From Macrostomum lignano (Eukaryota), in assembly GCA_002269645.1 (NCBI GenBank), contig NIVC01002014.1:124001-188000 (forward strand): DNA of 64,000 bases. The letters run 5' to 3'. Below the pieces are notes generated by a model. It was not told the origin of the DNA and ran no database searches. It saw only the letters and a program-made list of their open reading frames with translations. The translations under genes were made by a program, and so were the position numbers. Below, piece after piece: positions 37,701 through 64,000 of this stretch. Positions within the stretch are counted from its first letter, which is position 1, and the number at the start of each line of letters is the position of its first letter.

Positions 37701-38882
37701 CGGTGAGCGCTGCGCATGATTCTGGTCTGGGATTTCAGATTGAGGATTTTTTAAGTTTTGGATTTTGGATTGGGGATTTCTGAAGCTTGGGATTTCAGAT
37801 TGGGGATTTCGAAGTCTGGGATTTTAGATTCAGGATTTCTGTAGTCTGGGATTTTAGATTGGGGATTTCTGTAGTCTGGGATTTTAGATTGGGGATTTCT
37901 GAAGTTTTGGATTTCAGATTGGGGATTTCTGAAGTTTTGGATTTCAGATTGGGGATTTCTAAAGTCTGGGATTTAGGATTGGGGATTTCTAAAGTCTCGG
38001 ATTTCAGATTGGGCATTTCTGAAGTTTTGGATTTCTGAAGTTTTGGATTTCAGATTGGGGATTTCTGAAGTCTGGGATTTAGGATTGGGGATTTCTGAAG
38101 TCTGGGATTTAGGATTGGGGATTTCTGAAGTCTGGGATTTAGGATTGGGGATTTCTGAAGTCTGGGATTTAGGATTGGGGATTTCTAAAGTCTCGGATTT
38201 CAGATTGGGGATTCTTAAAATCTGAGAGGGATATCATAGACTGGGATCTCAGATATAACAAACCAGTTGTATCCTCATTCACCCCTAGCAGGAGGAGGGG
38301 GATCGAGCTCGGGCCGCGGCACCGCCCAGCCAGCAGCAGGCGGAGACGTCGGCAGCCCCTCAGCCGTCCAGCGTCCCCAGCTCGGCCAACCTGGCCAGCC
38401 TGTTCGACAAGCTGGTGGAGACGGGCCTCATCAGCGCCAACTCCCAGCCTCCGCCGGCGGCCAAAGCCGAGGAGGCCGCCGCTGAGGCATCGGCGAAGCC
38501 TGCCGATGATGAGGAGCCAGAGGATGCCGAGAGCTCCAGGGACGCCGCGGCGCTGGCTGACGAGGAGGGTCCAAAGTCGCCGCCGCCGTCTCCGCGGTCG
38601 CCTTCGCCCGAGCCGGAGCCGGAGCCGTGGGAGCGCCGCTTCGAGGACTTCGACATCATGGGCTGGCGGGCTGCCAACCCCTACGTGCTGGAGGCGCTGT
38701 TCGGCCTGCCGCAGCAGTGCCGCGTCTGCGGCGTCCGCTTCGCCGATGCCGACTCGCTGGGCCGCCACTCGGCCGCCTGTCTGAGCCGCTACAGGCGCCA
38801 GTCCACTCTGTGCCGGCGCTCGCGCGGCTGGATGCCCGACGCCGCCCAGCTGGTGCTGCGGCCGCCTCCGCCCTCGCCCTGA
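33976..38882 (+). CDS. PCF11: PCF11-like pre-mRNA cleavage factor II subunit, divergent, ~921 aa; exons 33976-34137, 34383-34976, 35636-36646, 37298-37702, 38289-38882
   Basis: CID domain ending RARLDKVRRSWCAMF, two QDVDMR motifs, LGGPLHEL...FGGPP region, NLASLFDKLVETGLI and zinc finger CRVCGVRF. All four introns are GT-AG, phase 0. Confidence 0.82.
34155..34368. repeat. 24-bp intronic minisatellite (CGCAACTCTAGCAGTCCCTGGCCC)
   Basis: PCF11 intron 1. Confidence 0.95.
35025..35562. repeat. 20-bp intronic minisatellite (AGAGGTCAAAGGGATGGTAG)
   Basis: PCF11 intron 2. Confidence 0.95.
37725..38215. repeat. 30-bp intronic minisatellite (TTGGGGATTTCTGAAGTCTGGGATTTAGGA)
   Basis: PCF11 intron 4. 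Confidence 0.95.
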
Positions 38883-38954
38883 TGACGCCTTCAGGACGCT
38901 GCCTGGTTGCCTCAGTGATTAGTTTATGGCCTGATCCCAGCTTAACTTTAATAC

Positions 38955-39140
38955 ATTGATCCCTAATACCTTGATCCTTAACACCTTGATCCTTAACACC
39001 TTGATCCCTAATACCTTGATCCCTAACACCTTGATCCCTAATACCTTGATCTCTAATCCTTGATCCCTAACACCTTGATCCCTAATACCTGGATCCCTTA
39101 CATCTTGATCCCCAATTCCTTGATCCCAACACCTTGATCC
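38955..39140. repeat. 15-bp minisatellite (TTGATCCCTAATACC)
   Basis: Just 3' of the PCF11 stop. Shares the TGATCCC core with the next array. Confidence 0.9.
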
Positions 39141-39624
39141 CTAATAGGTATCCCAGGCCATTTGGCTATAATATTCCAAAACTGGAAGAAGTTTCATTTT
39201 CATTTCAGAACCCCCTGGCCACTTCGCACTTTGATCACTTTCATTCTGACCGTCTTGTCTTGTTCGTTCCCGTTCGTTGTTACCTTGACGAAACCCTTCG
39301 CGCGTGTTCTGAACAGCTGCTGCATTTTCTGCTTTTAGTCCCCCTGTTGCCTGCGTCTGCCCGTGCTCCCCTGTGCAGTCTTATTTAGCTAACTGTGCAC
39401 CTGTTATTAATTTTCTTATTCTGAAATCATGAATGCGGAATTCGGGCTCCGCGCGCTCGCTACTGAAATTGCATGTACATGTGTGAATTACTTATTAGTA
39501 ATATGTTGTTAATCTGCGCGAGCTCACTCAAATATAAAGGCAATTCTTATTTGTTATTTGCCAGCAAACTGCTCTTTCTTCTCTTGCTTTTGTTGCTTCT
39601 AAATCATTTTCATTGTGAAGCATC

Positions 39625-41906
<2,282 letters not shown>

Positions 41907-42489
41907 GCAGCGGCTGCTGCGCGCGTTTTGCTACTGTTAGTAATATAGAAGATAGACTGTCTGCCCCTCTAGATTCAACATACGTATTTAAAGCCGACTT
42001 GAAATGCTTATGCTACTACTTATTGAATAGTTAGCTTAGCCAGTGTTGTCAGCCCAGAGTATTTGTTCCTCTGTTGCACACCAATCAGAATCCGGTTAAA
42101 CTGAATTCTCTTTTTCGCTTAGAAATTGCATATTAAATCTTAACTAACATAGAGTTTAGCTACTATTAGTAGTCAATAATAAACCGCTTTTTCTTCTTTT
42201 TGACAGCATCAGCTTTAGTAGCTTTTTCTCACCGAAATAAAATGGCTTTTTTATTTCTTAATTCAATTTTAATCAAATTTCAGTACTTTAGTTTTGCCGT
42301 CGGCTTTGATGTCAACATGAAAAAAATTACGAAAAAGTTGTTGTGAAAGAAAATCTGGAAGAAAAATATAGACTAGGATAAATTAAAACAAGTAGTGACT
42401 GACTAGGTGAGCTGGTCATTGCAAGGCACTGACTGAAAACTGATATGTTTGCTCACTTGTAATGCGCTCTCATTTAGGCAGTTTAAATG

Positions 42490-42700
42490 ACTCCGGTTCT
42501 TAAAAGGGGCCGTTTTAACCGCACATGAGATGACATACAGAATCGGTTCTCAAAAGGGCCGTTTTAACCACACATGAGATGACATACAGAATCGGTTCTA
42601 GCCACACATAGATAGTATGTAAAACGGGTTCTCAAGTGGGCCGTTTTAACTACACGTGAGATGGCATGCATAACCGGTTCTTAAAAGGGTCGTTTTAACT
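42490..42700. repeat. 3-4 imperfect copies of CGGTTCT..AAAGGGCCGTTTTAAC
   Basis: Lies between the convergent 3' ends of TPI and the NWD-like gene. Possibly subterminal repeats of a small TE. Confidence 0.6.
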
Positions 42701-42931
42701 TGAAAAGAATCGGCGTCGAAAAAGCAGAAAAATCTGCTAGCCACACACTCAGTCTGCTGTGCCTCCTCAAGCTCGATGCCTGAACGCAGTTAAATTCTGA
42801 GGCGATAAAAAAGCCCGAAACTGCAAGTGAAATGCAATCGGATCAAAGATGTGACAAAAACTGTGCTTCAAAAATATTAAAACAATTTAAAAAACTGTTT
42901 AGTCTATTCGCATCAACGGTCGTTAGCATAG

Positions 42932-59795
<16,864 letters not shown>

Positions 59796-60217
59796 GGCGG
59801 GTGGCTGGGCTTTGCCCGCTACGGGTGCGAGTCAAGCAGTTGTTTTTTTCAGCTGTACATTGCAATTTGTACTCATTATTGGAAGCTAAATTATTTTGCT
59901 ATTTGGCTTAACAGATTGGTATTTAATGTTTCCTACTGTTAATTTGCTGCAGTATCTTCCCTGTTTGTTTTAATAAGCTTAAATGAAAGGTAATGATAAG
60001 TCATATTTTTTATTATTTTAGAAATTAAAAAATAGAGTTATATATTTATAGTAAAAATATTCATAACTTTTGAAATTTCTAACTACTATCTGCTTGTCTT
60101 AAAATCATTAGGTCAGTTAATACCTTTTAAGTGGATATTTTGACATAAATTGGTATTTAAAAATATTTTGTATTTTTTATATAATTTATTTCAAATGAAC
60201 TAACCAAAATTTCTAGG

Positions 60218-60724
60218 TCAACTTAGTATAGATAGTAATAAACAGATTTGAATTGTAATATGTGATTTCAAATTGTGATTTTTAAAAAATTGCGAAGCTA
60301 AAGAAGTTGGATAATTTAATGTGTTCGAAAATGAGTGTAGTTTGATTGTATATACTCGTAATTCACTATCATTAAAGCAATAATTCGGTATGTCTGGAAA
60401 CCAAAGTCGACCAGTGTAAGTAAAAACAAAGTGAATTAAAAAATGTGTAGATGTGCATGTTGCTGTATATTGCGATACATGGCTATATAACAAAATAAAA
60501 TAAAACATATCATTGATAAGAGCAGTGCTAAACTTAAACAATTGATTGAAATTAGACTTTTGCTTGAATGTTTCACTGTGTGACCAAATTTTACTGTTAA
60601 ATGTAGAAACTTCACTACAAGTCATTATATAAAAGCCAAAATAAAAAATTATAAAAAATCTATTAGTGTAGCGGCGTGTAGCCTGTGTAGGCCGTGCAGC
60701 ATCTATTATAGTATGCTTTGACAC
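60218..60724 (-). CDS. Unidentified 168-codon open frame in AT-rich DNA
   Basis: Unusually long stop-free run for this composition; F/I/Y-rich, no recognisable motif, GTG start. Confidence 0.3.
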   Translation of the reverse strand: MSKHTIIDAARPTQATRRYTNRFFIIFYFGFYIMTCSEVSTFNSKIWSHSETFKQKSNFNQLFKFSTALINDMFYFILLYSHVSQYTATCTSTHFLIHFVFTYTGRLWFPDIPNYCFNDSELRVYTIKLHSFSNTLNYPTSLASQFFKNHNLKSHITIQICLLLSILS

Positions 60725-61899
60725 AATTCTGTAATAAAATTGGCTTCAGAAAATCTAAATTAAAAAAATTATATCACGCATCGTGTCTCCCCTAGCGGAG
60801 AAATACGACGGTCGTTGCTGAATTTTACGTTACCAGAGAATGAAACTTCTTACTTCTTGCCTCCTCGACTGAAAATTATGAGTCAAAATTGATAAAAGAG
60901 TTAGTCGGTATTAACAGTTTTCGGAACCGGCCTAAACTATCAAGAATTTGGGCTAATAGCTGGGTTAGCAATCTCAATATTCAACCATCGATAAAATCTA
61001 CGGCCGGTAACGTTTAGTAACCGTTAAATCAGCGGCAGCTCCGCATCCTTCTTAATATTTCTGAGTGTCATACAAAATCTATAAACTAGATAGGGTATAA
61101 GGATCTTTAGAAACATGCATGTATCAAGCACAGTTAAGCTTTTATGAAAAAAACCAAAATTGTTTGGACACCCATGATTTATATGTACATGTACATATAC
61201 ACTAGTTAGATTAGTTTGATGTACATGTACATGCACTTGTACATTACCCACTACATTTGATGCACGATGTAACTTGCATGTGGACATTTAATTTCATATT
61301 TGCGCCACTGACGAGGTTTTAGCACCTTAGCACCTCGAATTCGCGACCACATACATGCTTTACGTACCATGATTTCCTTTTAATTTCTAGTCCAATACCG
61401 TGTAGTGCCAACGCCAAGGATGACTAAAGCAAAGTATATACTACGGGACGCGACACTCACGTTTCATTGAAAAAGTTTTAGGCCACACGTACACGTACAC
61501 ATGTACATGCAATTGATCCTGTACTACATGTATCTGGACCTATCGATCTGCAGCTGTTACACATTCTGCATGGTTACACGGTCAGTTAAGAATGACGAAA
61601 TAGATTCATAAAACCAGCGAGCTGAGCCGTACCATAATGGTTTTTAGGCACAGGCCATATGCAATTGCACGTAAAAAAACATCCTAATTTTATGTCGTGT
61701 CACCATCAAGGACCACTACTCGTAAAAATCTTGGCATATATGTTGCTTTAGTTCTCCTTGGTCAACATAAAAATATAAATAGAAATTTTGCTACTATACA
61801 TGTACCAGTACAGTACATACGTTACTCCAAAACAAAAACAATGTTCCAAAGTTGACATAATTGTATATCGCCAGACGATTATATTTCCCTTAACCAATT

Positions 61900-63590
61900 G
61901 ACATGAAGAGAAAAATCAAACGGGTAGGAGAGAAACAGATCAGTGCTTATCTGTAATGACTTGAGAACGAGTCTTGATTCTCTATTGCACTGGGATGGGA
62001 AGTGGCGCCTGCAAGTGGCAGACAGGAATACATGTAAGAGATGTGAGCCCGGACCGTGGCGTCCGGTTGGACTATATATTTGGGAGCTCCCGGGCCCCGA
62101 CATAGAAAGGCGTGCTGTGGCACGAAACATACTGGTACGAAAGGTACAAATGGTGGGAGTGTGCAGAAGGGAGAATCCGTTGAGTCAGTGAGGGGAATCA
62201 GGGGTGCAAAATAACATTAGTTTGTGGGAGCGGTAGGCCCTGGCCAGGTTGCGGAGAAATCCACAGCTCAGGCCATCAGCACACTATCAACACACGATTC
62301 GAGAAGGAAGCTGAGACGTGTTTCTAGTTTCCTATTGTAGCAGTCGGGACAATTAACCAGCGATTGAACGGAATTTGGAGGATCATATTGTCGGGATGTA
62401 TCTGCTTGATGCCAAGAGGCTGTTTAAATTATTCGATATATTCCAGCTCTGGGAATTCAGTTCACTGGTGAGGCCATCAGCACTCGATCCAAAACATAAA
62501 ATCTGTGGATACAAATTTGATTGGGAACTTATCTTAACTGTGCTGGCAACTACCAGACTGGCCGATATTCTCAAACTTGGGAGAATTAGAATTAGTGAAA
62601 GGGTAATTCCGCAGCTTCGACTGCTTTACTTTTTGTCCCGGTCTCCAAATCTTGGGCGGAATGAACAGAGTTGCAGCTAACCTTGGCTAGAAAATGAAGG
62701 TGGATACGTAAGTGAGTGGGAGCAGTTGTAGAAAAAACTACTTTCTTACCTCGCGGCAGTTTGCCTCCGCGCACAGACGGCCTCTTTAATGCAAAGCGTC
62801 GGTGCAAGGGTGGCGTCGAAGCCGACACAGGGGGGGGGGGGAGAGAAGAGTCCGTGGTGTCGGCGCCATCTTTATGTCGGCTCACCATGGTCTCTCCTCG
62901 TGGCAGGCTCTCCAGCACGTTGCCAAAGTACCAATTAATACCGCTTACACATTTTTATATCAAAATCTTAATCCTTAAAGGCTATTGTCTTGTTACCGGA
63001 GACACCGGAGTGGTCTAAAAGCTGACCTCAACAGTAAGTTCAATGTGTCAGTGTAATTTCATGCACGCCAAAATAGGCAATGAGCGCACAGGAAACTGGA
63101 AAAAAGGAGAGGACACGGTAGGTAGAAGGCGCACGTTACCGTAAGGAAAGAGGAAAGAGGAACAGCAGCAAATAAAGCATCGGACGACTGGAGACACAGA
63201 ACAAAATGGAGAAAAACGACAAACAAAAGTGAGAGACACAGAGAAAAGAAAAAGCAAAAAACAAATGTTAGAAAGGCCCAGAGCCCGTCGCAGATGGGAT
63301 AGACAAAATGACACAGTAAATTAGAGAATCAAAGAAGAAGGCAAAAGGAAGAAGGAAGAAAGAAGACAGACACAAGCACGCACCGCACCCCACCCCGGCT
63401 ACCACCCGGGGGACCAGCACACACCACCCAGATGACCGGCAACAGTCCGCCCGGTTTTCTGGCCTGAAACCGGCAAACCCGTACAAAACTCCAAAGAAGA
63501 CGGGCCACGTCGGGGAGGCGCGGAGCCCCCCGTCATAAGAGCAAAGTGCCACGACAAACAGTGGAGAGTGACAAAATGAATTGAGTAAAA
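61900..63590 (-). mobile_element. Possible decayed non-LTR retrotransposon 5'UTR/ORF1
   Basis: Pyrimidine-rich leader, basic low-complexity ORF start (62918), and frameshifted Cys/His knuckle-like fragments near 61990-62150. Confidence 0.3.
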
Positions 63591-63739
63591 CATTCTAAAC
63601 TAATGATTAATAGGAAACTAGCACAAATAATCGTAACAAATAGGCCAAAAGTTGGAGAAGTTGGAAAAATAATACAAGTAAGAAAACAAACCGACTTAAG
63701 CCTCTGGCTGCGGCATACGCGAAGGGGGTGATACCAAAC

Positions 63740-64000
63740 AAAAACAACATGGGTGCAAACAGGGGTGACTCAACCGTCTGGAAGGGCAAGGTGCACTTGC
63801 ACTGCAAAAGTGCACGACACAACAGCATGGAATTAAACAGACGGAGCCGGCAAAAATGGTTTTACAATGGCTGGAGTGCTAATCCTGCCCTCAGCCTCCA
63901 AAAGATAAGGTGGGCCTGACTGCTGGAGGAGCAGCCAGGCAGCCCAGTGTGGATGTCATTGGGCAGCAAAAGCTACCTCATCCGCCTTCGGTGGCACAAG
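63740..64000 (-). mobile_element. 3' end of a decayed LINE ORF2 (I/Jockey-group type C-terminal CCHC region)
   Basis: FWRLRAG..L*NHFCRL...C..C...QTVE resembles RLRTGH..L..HL.R...C.C...TVEH, with a stop and frameshifts. Confidence 0.4.

Noticed and set aside
61150-61810. Recurrent TACATGTA palindromes here and across AT-rich regions
   Set aside because: Short low-complexity motif with no spacing pattern or associated structure that I can support.
62828-62850. G-run as an LTR polypurine tract
   Set aside because: No TG-initiated LTR or partner repeat adjacent.

Overview
Eukaryotic (animal) genomic DNA. GC-rich spliced exons are separated by introns that mostly carry their own private minisatellite, and these alternate with AT-rich transposon graveyards (about 8.4-18.5 kb, 24.6-33.9 kb and 60-64 kb). 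This style resembles the flatworm Macrostomum (inference only). Hand-built, phase-consistent gene models: a DEG/ENaC channel (-, 3 exons), a divergent ATE1-like arginyltransferase (+, 3 exons), a divergent PCF11-like protein (+, 5 exons), triosephosphate isomerase (+, 2 exons) and a 13-exon NWD1/NWD2-like DUF4062-NACHT-WD protein (-). The NWD-like protein unexpectedly ends in a Dpy-30 docking motif, has a tandemly duplicated exon, and hosts a nested antisense WSC-PAN gene. Mobile elements: a MULE containing a hAT-type element containing an IS630/Tc1 derivative, a small LTR element, a Merlin derivative, a THAP/P remnant, LINE remnants and a Crypton-type tyrosine-recombinase element with an intact ORF. 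The most striking structure is in the Crypton. An internal 46-nt site is complementary to both termini joined end to end, like a DIRS internal complementary region, although the element has no reverse transcriptase. Most long ORFs in the supplied track are artefacts of tandem repeats or GC-rich antisense frames.
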